From IMG/VR virus record IMGVR_UViG_3300036790_000049, positions 885 to 64,884 of that record: 64,000 nt of DNA; one strand, written 5' to 3'. A program made the position numbers and the translations under genes. Below are positions 1-8,628 of the stretch, one piece after another. How positions within the stretch are numbered: the first letter of the stretch is position 1; every line of letters starts with the position of its first letter. Under the pieces are notes generated by a model. It had not been told where the DNA came from. It was given only the letters and a program-made list of their open reading frames with translations, and searched no databases. Origin of the DNA: a virus.

Positions 1-14
1 TCACGGAGGTAGAA

Positions 15-251
15 ATGCAGCTTCATGAATTCGTTGACGACGGTTCCGATCCCGGTAATTGCGCGAAATGCCACTTCTTTCACGCCAACCCGGAATACAA
101 AACCGAATACGCAAAGGCATACGCAAATCTTGTTGCGGCCAAATCCGCGTATGACGAAAATCCCAACGTCAAGAATAAGGAAACTCTGCGCCTAGCGGAT
201 TACGCGCTAGGCGAAGTTGAGGAGTATTTCGCTAGCGATAGCGATTTGTAG
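15..251 (+). CDS. hypothetical protein
   Basis: GGAGGTAG Shine-Dalgarno 5' of ATG; 78 aa ORF with CxxC. Confidence 0.7.
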   Translation: MQLHEFVDDGSDPGNCAKCHFFHANPEYKTEYAKAYANLVAAKSAYDENPNVKNKETLRLADYALGEVEEYFASDSDL

Positions 252-340
252 AAAAAAGCGCGCGGCGTCTTGGACGTACGCAGCAAAGCAACCGCGCGCA
301 CAATGCCAAATCGGCAGAACAAAAAAATCGGAGGTAGGAA

Positions 341-646
341 ATGCAATACCCAATCGCACCAAGTCACGGAATTGGATGGCACGTGAATTCCGACCACATG
401 ATTTCACCGCCAAGTGATATCGACGGATTCGATGTGTGCGTATTCATCGCGGACAATCCGGAAGAGAATTCCTCCGGATTCGCAGTCACTTTCGTTCCGG
501 ATGCACCCGAGCAATTCCACATATGGGGTTGCCGCTTGGATTCCGAAGAGTGTTGGACGGCAAGTCACGAAAGCCGATCCGCAACTTACCTCGCGGCAAT
601 CGTCGCGATCGCTTCCTACGTTTCGGAAGTCAAGGTGTCACGATGA
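341..646 (+). CDS. hypothetical protein
   Basis: CGGAGGTAGGAAATG start context; 101 aa; ATGA overlap with next gene. Confidence 0.7.
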   Translation: MQYPIAPSHGIGWHVNSDHMISPPSDIDGFDVCVFIADNPEENSSGFAVTFVPDAPEQFHIWGCRLDSEECWTASHESRSATYLAAIVAIASYVSEVKVSR

Positions 647-1020
647 ATGCGGAGAACGACCAAGACAGAACGTGGCGCATGCGGAACGAGCAAGCGGAAC
701 GCGTTTCCGCCGTCTCTGCGAAATACGGTCTCTATGGATTGCCGGAAGTCGTGAACGGGAAACCGGTCATAGCGGCAATTCGCCTGCCCGACAGAGAAGG
801 ATTGATAAAAGGGCAGCACGTAGTTATCTGCCGGGAAGTGCAGAGCGTTCCGCGAGTCGATACGGACTGCGGGGCCAATCACGCATACATCGTGTGGTAC
901 GTGTGGCCGAACACGAATCCCGAGCTATCCGCAGAATGGATAGCTCACCAAGGGAATTACGACATGACGCTTGACCGTGCGCTTGATGAGTTCAAGCGGC
1001 GCTGTTTCGTAGACAGCTAG
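643..1020 (+). CDS. hypothetical protein (start MNAENDQD)
   Basis: ATG at 643 overlaps the TGA of the upstream gene and is in frame with ORF 436..1020. Confidence 0.65.
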   Translation: MNAENDQDRTWRMRNEQAERVSAVSAKYGLYGLPEVVNGKPVIAAIRLPDREGLIKGQHVVICREVQSVPRVDTDCGANHAYIVWYVWPNTNPELSAEWIAHQGNYDMTLDRALDEFKRRCFVDS

Positions 1021-1135
1021 ACGGATAGGTAGCGTCGAATTCCGGAACTGCCGGAACTTACAGAATCTGGTGTTTCGGAATTCGGCGCGGTTTACCCGTC
1101 GGGTAGCCAAGATCAACAATCGGAGGTTAGGGAAA

Positions 1136-1321
1136 ATGCCAAGATCCAACAACCGCGCGCCTCACAACGTCCGCACGACGCGGAAGCACTCCACGTATGA
1201 GCGCACACAGCTTGCACGGGCAAAGACCGTCAGCGAAGCTCTCAAGGCTGCGCTCGAACGGCCGACGATGTTCATTGACGAGCCGGACATGATTTTCGGC
1301 ATGACCAAGACCGGCTCGTAA
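1136..1321 (+). CDS. small hypothetical protein carrying a copy of the Walker-B segment of the DUF3631 ATPase
   Basis: CGGAGGTTAGGGAAAATG start; C-terminus LERPTMFIDEPDMIFG nearly identical to LEQPTMFIDETDTIFG in 2675..4054. Confidence 0.65.
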   Translation: MPRSNNRAPHNVRTTRKHSTYERTQLARAKTVSEALKAALERPTMFIDEPDMIFGMTKTGS

Positions 1322-1479
1322 TGGGACCGTTCTGCTCATGCACCCCGAAACGGCTTTGCGACGCGTGCAAGCAACGCGGTTACAAGAATTCGCTTGCCGG
1401 GTATGCGGAACGCATTTATCCGCAGCAGGTGACCGAAGCGGAAATACAGGAATACGAGAAGAGAATGGCAAATGTCTAA
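1321..1479 (+). CDS. small Cys-containing hypothetical protein (52 aa, MGPFCSCTPKRLCDACK...)
   Basis: Read by hand; TAATG overlap with upstream gene; below the ORF-track cutoff. Confidence 0.5.
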   Translation: MGPFCSCTPKRLCDACKQRGYKNSLAGYAERIYPQQVTEAEIQEYEKRMANV

Positions 1480-1576
1480 GCAGCAAAAGCAGCAAAAGCG
1501 TTGGCAGGTGCGTTGGGTCGCAATAGCGATCGCAACGCTCATAACGATCATCGCGACCGCTCGCTACGGAGGATAG
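1472..1576 (+). CDS. small membrane peptide (34 aa)
   Basis: MSKQQKQQKRWQVRWVAIAIATLITIIATARYGG: basic N-terminus plus hydrophobic stretch; fills the gap between coupled genes. Confidence 0.45.
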   Translation: MSKQQKQQKRWQVRWVAIAIATLITIIATARYGG

Positions 1577-1834
1577 ATGAATCGCAAGATGACAAAGGGA
1601 ATCGCGCATTACATCCGCGATCGGCGGATGTGCACGCGGAACAATGCGCTTCGCGAGACAGAGCGATTCGCGGTAATGCTCGCAGATCGTTTCAAGCAGG
1701 AGAACCGGTATTTCGATACAGACCGGTTCTATTCGGAATGCGGAATTCCGCAGGACACGATTAACGAGCTAGCGCACGAGTTCTATTCCCGGGGTTATTT
1801 CGATCCCAAGGAAGATTGGCAGTCACTCATCTAG
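1577..1834 (+). CDS. hypothetical protein
   Basis: GGAGG RBS, TAGATG coupling. Confidence 0.7.
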   Translation: MNRKMTKGIAHYIRDRRMCTRNNALRETERFAVMLADRFKQENRYFDTDRFYSECGIPQDTINELAHEFYSRGYFDPKEDWQSLI

Positions 1835-1940
1835 GGAAACGGCACAACTGTGAGCGTCCGTGAAAATGAATTCACGGACGTTCACGGAGGATTCCGTTTC
1901 AATGATCGATTCGGAGACTCACAATCGGAGGTAGGGAAAA

Positions 1941-2348
1941 ATGAAGGCAAGAAAACTGACGCTCGCGGAATTCACGAGCGCAGTCATTACCGTGAGCGAA
2001 GCTCGCTATTCGGGAAACGTCATCGTTCACCCTGACAGCCACGACACAACGGGCGGCAATTCGGCCGTCCGTTTGGCGGTTACCGACTCGCACGGTTCCG
2101 GCAGTCGCACGAGTGCGAGTTACCGTCACGGGCCTTATGCGTGTTGGCACGCACACCGCGACGTTTACCGCGAGGTATTCCGGCGATTCCCGGACGCGGT
2201 ATTCACGGGCGGCCGGTATTGGAAGGTCACCTACGATGCCGCGACTTTCGAGAACGTGTTTCCCGAAACCCGTTACAAGAACATCGGCAGCGAAGTTTTC
2301 CACGTGATAATGCCGGAACTCTGCGAGTGTTTCGATTCGGAGATTTAA
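1941..2348 (+). CDS. hypothetical protein
   Basis: CGGAGGTAGGGAAAAATG start context; 135 aa. Confidence 0.7.
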   Translation: MKARKLTLAEFTSAVITVSEARYSGNVIVHPDSHDTTGGNSAVRLAVTDSHGSGSRTSASYRHGPYACWHAHRDVYREVFRRFPDAVFTGGRYWKVTYDAATFENVFPETRYKNIGSEVFHVIMPELCECFDSEI

Positions 2349-2582
2349 ATGACCGATATTACGCAGTGTTCGTGCGGAATTCCCAACAGTGCCAATTGGC
2401 ACACGCACGTGATACTCACCCGAATGGGCGAAACGACGTATTCCGATATCTACACGTGCGACGATCATTTCCCCGGATATCCCGACGGGTCAATGAGCAT
2501 GCCGGAATTGCTTGGCATGTTCCAATTCGACAATCCGGGAATGTGGTATGTGCTCGAATTCGAGAGCACACATTTGCGGTAG
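2349..2582 (+). CDS. hypothetical protein (Cys/His, possible metal binding)
   Basis: TAAATG coupling to upstream gene. Confidence 0.6.
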   Translation: MTDITQCSCGIPNSANWHTHVILTRMGETTYSDIYTCDDHFPGYPDGSMSMPELLGMFQFDNPGMWYVLEFESTHLR

Positions 2583-2591
2583 CCTGAAAAT

Positions 2592-2628
2592 GAGCGCCAA
2601 TCACTCACCACAATTGGCGCTCGTTTCC
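2592..2628 (+). terminator. intrinsic terminator-like hairpin
   Basis: GAGCGCCAAT...ATTGGCGCTC 10-bp stem followed by GTTTCC, 10 nt after a stop codon. Confidence 0.5.
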
Positions 2629-2674
2629 TAGCTATGGGCAATTGCTAGGACCCAACACAACGGAGGTAGGGAAC

Positions 2675-4054
2675 ATGACGAGCACCACAACTACAGGCAC
2701 CAAGCCACGCGCGGCTGTGACGTCCCCTAGGACGTCCAAGACCACATCCCCTAACACGGGTAAGGGTCGGGCCGCGAGCACGCGGCAGCGTGGACCTGAC
2801 AGCCGTACGGAAGCAGGCAAGCCAACTGCGGCCAAGACTGCCAAGACAGCCGAGACAGCCGAGCCGGTCGAGAAGGCAAACGCCAACTCAGATAACTTCG
2901 GCGCGACGGTTCTAGACGAGACACTCGCATTCCTTGAGCGTTTCGTGCTTTTCCCGTCAAAGGAAAGTGCAGTGATCGCCGCTATATGGTGTGCGCTTTC
3001 TCACGGTCTCGCGGCGTCAACGATTGCGCCACGGCTTTATGCGCAGTCCGGCGAACCGGGATCGGGTAAGACTCACCTGCTCGAAATGCTGTCACTTCTC
3101 TGCGCGAATTCGCGCTTGGAACTAGACCCGACCGGCCCGACCGTTGCAACGGTGATCGCGCTCGAACAGCCAACGATGTTCATTGACGAGACGGACACGA
3201 TTTTCGGCAAGTCGGGAAGCAACGCCGCGAAAGTGCAGCTTCGGTCGATTCTCAATTCCGGCTACAAGCGCGGCGCAATGCTTACCCGGAAGTCGGGTAA
3301 GTCGTACGAGTCGATTCCGGTATTCGCGATGATCGCCTTTGGCGGTCTTGGGCAGTTGCCGGATACGCTCATGTCCCGTTCATTTGTCATCCGCATGCGG
3401 AAGCGCCGCGAAACCGACCGGAAGATAGATGCTTTCCGGCCGCGCATGCATGAGGCGATCGGGAAAGCGACCGGTGCGGCACTCGGAGAATGGATCAAGA
3501 CGCAGCTTGTTGTCTTGGTCAACGCGTGGCCCGATATTCCCGAAGGGATCACCAACCGCGCGGAAGAGATCGCAATGCCGATGCTCGCTATTGCCGATGC
3601 GGCAGGCGGTCATTGGCCGGCCGATGCACGCGCGGCAGTCCGGAAGCTCTTGCTTGACGAGCAGGACGTTGCCGGGCCGACTCCGGTAGAGACATTGCTC
3701 GCGGACATCCGCGCAATGTGGCCCGAAGATGGGCGCACGCGGCTTAGCACGCAGGAACTCACGTTCCTGCTGTTCCAAGTCGAGTCATCGCCGTGGCGCA
3801 TGATCTGGGACCCCGTGAGCGCGTCTCGCGAGCTTTCCAACCTGCTAGCCGGAAAGCACATCGCGCCGCGAAAGGTCGATCTCGGTGGAGGCAAGAAATT
3901 GCAGGGATACCGCAAGGAAGACTTCGCTCTTGCTTGGGCATCAATGGATGCGAAAGCGGAAGCCGATAGTTCCGGAGGTTCCGGCAGTTCCGAGCAAAAC
4001 GAAGATGGGTCGTACACAACGGAGCCGGACATCATGCCGGACGATGACGAGTAA
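2675..4054 (+). CDS. DUF3631-family P-loop ATPase (replication-associated helicase-like)
   Basis: Walker A GEPGSGKT, Walker B MFIDETD, C-terminal NRAEEIAMPMLAIADAAGGHWPADARAA typical of DUF3631 proteins; strong RBS before ATG 2675. Confidence 0.75.
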   Translation: MTSTTTTGTKPRAAVTSPRTSKTTSPNTGKGRAASTRQRGPDSRTEAGKPTAAKTAKTAETAEPVEKANANSDNFGATVLDETLAFLERFVLFPSKESAVIAAIWCALSHGLAASTIAPRLYAQSGEPGSGKTHLLEMLSLLCANSRLELDPTGPTVATVIALEQPTMFIDETDTIFGKSGSNAAKVQLRSILNSGYKRGAMLTRKSGKSYESIPVFAMIAFGGLGQLPDTLMSRSFVIRMRKRRETDRKIDAFRPRMHEAIGKATGAALGEWIKTQLVVLVNAWPDIPEGITNRAEEIAMPMLAIADAAGGHWPADARAAVRKLLLDEQDVAGPTPVETLLADIRAMWPEDGRTRLSTQELTFLLFQVESSPWRMIWDPVSASRELSNLLAGKHIAPRKVDLGGGKKLQGYRKEDFALAWASMDAKAEADSSGGSGSSEQNEDGSYTTEPDIMPDDDE

Positions 4055-4085
4055 CAGCGGCAGCACCTAGGCAACCGTCAAGCCT

Positions 4086-4130
4086 AGCCGCGTACGTCTC
4101 TCACCAAGCCTGTGAGAGACGTACACGGCT
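4086..4130. terminator. long hairpin downstream of the DUF3631 gene
   Basis: 19-bp stem with one mismatch (AGCCGCGTACGTCTCTCAC / GTGAGAGACGTACACGGCT); no U-tract. Confidence 0.5.
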
Positions 4131-4182
4131 AAGTGTGACGGAACCAACCGCACACGAAACCGATCAACCGGAGGTAGGGGAA

Positions 4183-4638
4183 ATGACGGCACGTCAAATG
4201 ATCGCCAACTGGATTGTGTGGACTTCCGCAGCGCTGACCGTGATCGCGGTTGCTTTCGCTTGCGGCTACCTCGCACACAAGTGCCCGCGCAGCGATGAGA
4301 GCAACGCTAACAAGATCGTTGCGGCAAGCCACACAACCACCCGGACGAACCTCTGTTCGTGCGCTAGGCGCAAGCTCGGCGCGCTCGCGGCGGTCGCTGT
4401 CGAAACCGGGCTAGGCACTGTGAGCGCAAGCGGCGATCTGTCGCTGAACGATCACGCACACATCGCGGTGCTGCCGGACGGCAACCCGCACGTGTGGGCG
4501 AGGCAGTTGCGCAGAGGTCACCTCACAGAGCTAGCCCGTGCTGCGGCAGCGATTCACAACCGGGCAAGTGATCATGACTTTGCCCAAGCACTGTACGCAA
4601 CGGGCATGGCGCTAGCTCGCGGCAACTGCCGCGCGTAA
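4183..4638 (+). CDS. membrane-anchored hypothetical protein
   Basis: CGGAGGTAGGGGAAATG start; N-terminal hydrophobic helix. Confidence 0.65.
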   Translation: MTARQMIANWIVWTSAALTVIAVAFACGYLAHKCPRSDESNANKIVAASHTTTRTNLCSCARRKLGALAAVAVETGLGTVSASGDLSLNDHAHIAVLPDGNPHVWARQLRRGHLTELARAAAAIHNRASDHDFAQALYATGMALARGNCRA

Positions 4639-4977
4639 ACGGAACGGGCAGTTTCTATATCCCGACTGGTGACGGTGCGTGACCAAGGCGCGCGAGCGCT
4701 CTGGTCACAATCCGTGAACAGCCGGTATACCAGACCGGGTAGGTAGGGAATCCGCGAGACCAGAGTCGATACTTCCGACCGGATCAGTAGGAAATGGGAA
4801 TGTCCAGTATGTCCGTTTCGTCCGGTTTGTCGGTTTTGCCCCGGTTCGTCCCAGCCCCCGACCCAGCCCAGCCCGGCCCCAGCCCGGCCGTTTAAGACAA
4901 TAGGCCAGAAGCCAGCGCTAGCGCTAGCCAACCCGAGCTATCTTAGCCCAAGCCCGAGCCATAGTCTATGATCCCAC

Positions 4978-5122
4978 TCATCGTCTATAACCTGGATCAT
5001 CGGCTATATCCTGAATCATCGGCTATGACTTGGGTCAATACAGAGCCTCATCGGCTATACAGAGTCTCATCGGCTATAGCCCTAATAGAGTCTCATCGGC
5101 TATGACTTGGCTCATCGGCTAT
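4978..5122. repeat. seven TCATCGGCTAT direct repeats (iteron-like)
   Basis: Copies start at 4978 (one mismatch), 4997, 5016, 5048, 5067, 5093, 5112. Confidence 0.9.
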
Positions 5123-5311
5123 AATCTGGGCTCCGTAAGCGCTAAGCGCTAGCGCTAGCGCTTATGTGAGACCCAGTTCAGTAGGACCCCAGGGCAATCG
5201 AAACAAGACCCCCTGAAAAAGCATGCTTACCAGTATAACGCTAGCGCTATGTGAGACCCAGTTTGAGCATATCTAAGATTGCTTCGGTAAACACAAACAG
5301 AACCAGGAGGG

Positions 5312-5512
5312 TTACCCTCCGGTATCAGGTGGCGGCGTTGCACCGCGATTGCGCATGAGCCGGTCACCGACCCACTCACCGCGCACGAGCCCGTGCACCG
5401 CACCGCAGCAGGTACAGGTGATCCATCCGCAGTGTGGTGAGTTGCAATGTATATCCAGAGCCTTCTCGCCGCAGCGGAAGCACTCCACAGGAGCCGCGTT
5501 CCGTATGTCCAC
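5312..5512 (-). CDS. small Cys-rich zinc-ribbon protein
   Basis: GGGAGGA RBS before GTG 5512; CxxC, CxxxxC and CxCC clusters. Confidence 0.55.
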   Translation of the reverse strand: MDIRNAAPVECFRCGEKALDIHCNSPHCGWITCTCCGAVHGLVRGEWVGDRLMRNRGATPPPDTGG

Positions 5513-5643
5513 GCAAGAATCATCCTCCCACCAGGCAGGTTCCGCAAGTTCCGTTAGTTCCGGGCATAGCGAGAGCCCTGCACTCCCCAAGAATGCAGGG
5601 CTCGCACCAGGCAACGCCACGGTTGCCGTAGGGATCGGCTCGG

Positions 5644-5988
5644 CTAGCCGCCGTACCTGACCACTCCCAGCTTGGCCGTGAACGTCCCGCCCGACAGCGA
5701 TGCGAGAACACCCTTGATATACCGCACCGGTCCTGTGGTCGAGAACGAGATCTTGGTGGTTCCGGTCGCCACTAGCGCTGACCCCAGGGACGCATATCCT
5801 GAGTTGTCGTCCGAGCCGGTAAGCGTGAGTGAGAACGTCGGTGATCCCGTCGTTTCGATCTCGATCGACACGTCGTCTTCTGGCTTCCCGAGATCTACCA
5901 CGACCGTGCCGTTAGCCGCAGCAGCGCTGAACATCGGATAGACACCAGTGTTGTTGACGAAATCCGGATCGGTTGGCGTGTTCGGCAT
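5644..5988 (-). CDS. beta-rich hypothetical protein (possible virion/decoration protein)
   Basis: AAAGGGA RBS; 114 aa alternating hydrophobic/Thr pattern. Confidence 0.65.
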   Translation of the reverse strand: MPNTPTDPDFVNNTGVYPMFSAAAANGTVVVDLGKPEDDVSIEIETTGSPTFSLTLTGSDDNSGYASLGSALVATGTTKISFSTTGPVRYIKGVLASLSGGTFTAKLGVVRYGG

Positions 5989-6002
5989 GAGATCCCTTTC
6001 TG

Positions 6003-6959
6003 TCAGACCAGCGTGTAGCCGACCGCGACGTCCGCACCTTGCGCGTAACGCGAGATCGACAGAGCTTCCGCGTCTGTCGCGGTGAACTTGAGCGTGGTCA
6101 CGACGGACGCGCCGAGCACGTACGACTCGGCGCCAGTCGCTTCCTTGCCGACGATCTGGTTCCAGCCGCCCGCAGCCGACCGGACGGCGATGCGCAGCGC
6201 GGGCGCGTTCGCTGCCGCGCCGCAGTCGTTGACGAACATCACCGACTTGTGCGAGCCTGGCGCGAAAGCGATCTCGGTCTGCACGTTCACGCCGTTGTTG
6301 AGTTGCCCCATCGTGTCCTCCTCGTCAGAAGTGGCAACTGGAGTCGCCACCGTAGTTGCGCCAGGGAATTTCCACTGGCCGTAATCGGCAGCGAGCGCCG
6401 AGTCGAGATCCCACTGCACTCCGAGCGTGGTTCCCGATGAAACGAACTGGTCCATCTCGGCACCGGCATCCCACCGGCCACCAGACCACGCTGCCGTCTG
6501 CCACTGGTACTTGCAGACAGCCGCGACCTCTTCCACGGACGCGAGACCGCCGTACACTCCAGTTGCGCCTTTGCCGAGCACCTGCACCGCGCCAGCGATG
6601 TACGCCTTGACGGTGGCAAGCTGTGAACCAGTGGCGTCAAAGTCAACCGCGAAGTAGACCGGTGCGCCAGCGCCAGCAGGCGCATGCAGCCCACGGAGGT
6701 ACGACCGTGCGTACGTCGCGTCGAGCACGCCTGCCGAGCCACCGGCCAGCGCTCGCTGAGCCGCGTCCTCGAACACGGTCACGATGCCGAGACCCACCTT
6801 GCGGTACGCGGCGATCTCAGCAGCCGTGATGTTCTTGGAGCCGTCGTGCGAGATGTACCGCACCACGAACCTGAACCCGGAAGCAGCGAGAGCTTTCGCT
6901 AGCGTGAGCGCATCCGGTCCAGACGGTCGCCACGCGAAGTCACATCCCTTGAGTGCCAT
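6003..6959 (-). CDS. endolysin, DUF1906 / GH25-like muramidase domain plus C-terminal domain
   Basis: GxDF...FVVRY...KNIT..E...GLGIVTVFE...VYFAVDFD...GVYG...WQT.AWS pattern of Rv2525c-like glycoside hydrolases. Confidence 0.8.
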   Translation of the reverse strand: MALKGCDFAWRPSGPDALTLAKALAASGFRFVVRYISHDGSKNITAAEIAAYRKVGLGIVTVFEDAAQRALAGGSAGVLDATYARSYLRGLHAPAGAGAPVYFAVDFDATGSQLATVKAYIAGAVQVLGKGATGVYGGLASVEEVAAVCKYQWQTAAWSGGRWDAGAEMDQFVSSGTTLGVQWDLDSALAADYGQWKFPGATTVATPVATSDEEDTMGQLNNGVNVQTEIAFAPGSHKSVMFVNDCGAAANAPALRIAVRSAAGGWNQIVGKEATGAESYVLGASVVTTLKFTATDAEALSISRYAQGADVAVGYTLV

Positions 6960-6971
6960 AACCCTGTTTCC

Positions 6972-7430
6972 TCACTTTCCCTCAGTCATTCTCTCGGTGC
7001 CTGCCGATGCCGACAGAGCTACCCTTAGCCGCTCCTGGTGTTCACGGTGCTTCCGGAGAATGTGGCCCTTCTGCGGCTTTCCCTCCGGGTGATGATGGAA
7101 GCACGAGAGCGTTCCCTTGTCGTCTACGTGCACCCGGCCGATCCTCCAGCATCCTGGCTCGTGACAGTTGTGCCGCCGTGCAGTAACCGCAAGAACGCCT
7201 GCGACCCCACTCAGACCCAGAAACGACCACGGCCATACCGACCCGAATCCGCTCCAGTATCCGTAGTACGGCCCGGTCCCCGAATTGCACGATCCTTCTA
7301 CCGGGCAGGTTCCGGTATGTATTGCGAGCCAATGCTGCCCTCCGAGATACCACCAGTAGGAAACCCCGAAACACAGAAGCGGGAATGCAGTAAACAGGAT
7401 GCGCCATCGCCACTTATTACGCCTAGTCAT
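6972..7430 (-). CDS. membrane protein (holin/accessory lysis candidate)
   Basis: Two hydrophobic segments, His/Cys-rich tail; directly upstream of the lysin. Confidence 0.6.
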   Translation of the reverse strand: MTRRNKWRWRILFTAFPLLCFGVSYWWYLGGQHWLAIHTGTCPVEGSCNSGTGPYYGYWSGFGSVWPWSFLGLSGVAGVLAVTARRHNCHEPGCWRIGRVHVDDKGTLSCFHHHPEGKPQKGHILRKHREHQERLRVALSASAGTERMTEGK

Positions 7431-7791
7431 CGGGGTAAGCATTCCTTTGCGAAGCCGGTACGTATCCAGAAGGGATTCCCGGGTGACCTTCCGGTTTCCG
7501 CTTCCGCTGCGCCGCCATTCTACGCCGGATCTCGCCTTCGGCCGCGCCGCCCTCGCCCGAGCTTTTTACCTTGTGGTGACCATGACACAGAGACTGGAGA
7601 TTCCATAGCTCGTCCGGTCCCCGACGGTCGCAATGGTCTACATCTCGCGCCTCTAGCCCGCAGTACCCGACGCCGGGCACCGGCCAGACACAACGGTGCC
7701 CGTCCAGTTCCAGGCGTTCCCTCCGCAGTTCCGGCCAGTTGGCAGGTAGCGGACGAACCCTCCAGGAACCCGGACGGGCACCGTAGCTCAC
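7423..7791 (-). CDS. HNH endonuclease (packaging-associated type)
   Basis: LP.NW..LR...L..DGHRC...DVDH...NLQSLCHGHHKVKS. Confidence 0.85.
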   Translation of the reverse strand: MSYGARPGSWRVRPLPANWPELRRERLELDGHRCVWPVPGVGYCGLEARDVDHCDRRGPDELWNLQSLCHGHHKVKSSGEGGAAEGEIRRRMAAQRKRKPEGHPGIPSGYVPASQRNAYPDD

Positions 7792-7797
7792 AGCGGT

Positions 7798-8157
7798 TTA
7801 GGCGTCGGCGTGGATCGCACCGCAGACCGTCACCGTCACGTGACCACCGGAAGCGCCGAGCGCTGACAGGATGTCCCCCGCGTTGAGCAGGAAACCTCCC
7901 TGCGGGCACACCTCCAGAACTCCGGTGGCCGGAACGTTGGTCGCGTTGCCGATCACCAGAGCCAGGGTCAGCGCGTTGGCGGCGGCAGCCGCAGCGGCGG
8001 CCTTTCGGATGTGCACGGTGATCGCGCCGCCGGTTGCGTCACCGGCTAGCCGGATCGACGTGATCTTGGTCGGAACGGTTGGGGAGACCAGAGCCGTCTC
8101 AGAGGCGACAGGCGCGGACTGAGCCAGAACCTCCGACGCAATGTCACTGTTAGCCAT
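7798..8157 (-). CDS. beta-rich hypothetical protein
   Basis: GGAAAGGAAATACATG start; 119 aa. Confidence 0.65.
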   Translation of the reverse strand: MANSDIASEVLAQSAPVASETALVSPTVPTKITSIRLAGDATGGAITVHIRKAAAAAAAANALTLALVIGNATNVPATGVLEVCPQGGFLLNAGDILSALGASGGHVTVTVCGAIHADA

Positions 8158-8214
8158 GTATTTCCTTTCCAGAACGGTTATTACGAAACTGCATGCACTT
8201 GCGGATGTTCCGGG

Positions 8215-8571
8215 TCAGGAACCCATGAGGTAGTACGTCAGGCCGGAAGAGGCCGACGCGGTGACCTGGACCTCGTCGCCGGAAAGAAGCTCGATTTCCG
8301 GGTCGCGGTGGTCCATCAGGAAACCGAGACCGCCAGCCGGAACCGAGAACAGCAGATCTCCGACCGTTTCCTCGCCGGTACCCGTCAGCGAGTTGGTGTT
8401 GGCCTTGCGGGTGACCTGCACCGAGCAGGTAATCGCAGCGCCAGACGAGTTGTACAGGATCACGCCAGTCAGGACGGTACCCACGTCCGACGCGGTGAAC
8501 TCGGCCGCGGCCGAGCTTGGAGCGGTCCCGGTTGCCAGCAGTGCGCTGGTGCGATCGGTTCCGGAAGTCAT
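8215..8571 (-). CDS. beta-rich hypothetical protein
   Basis: AGAGG RBS; ends LLSGDEVQVTASASSGLTYYLMG, resembling the C-terminus of 7798..8157 (LLNAGDILSALG). Confidence 0.65.
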   Translation of the reverse strand: MTSGTDRTSALLATGTAPSSAAAEFTASDVGTVLTGVILYNSSGAAITCSVQVTRKANTNSLTGTGEETVGDLLFSVPAGGLGFLMDHRDPEIELLSGDEVQVTASASSGLTYYLMGS

Positions 8572-8628
8572 TTTGCCTCTTCTCTTTGTGGTTAAACGAA
8601 AACGGCCGCAGCCGCCAGAGCTAGCGGC

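Noticed and set aside
4978-5122. Direct repeats with variable spacers as a CRISPR array
   Set aside because: Repeats are 11 bp and spacers 8-21 bp, far too short, and no cas operon is present.
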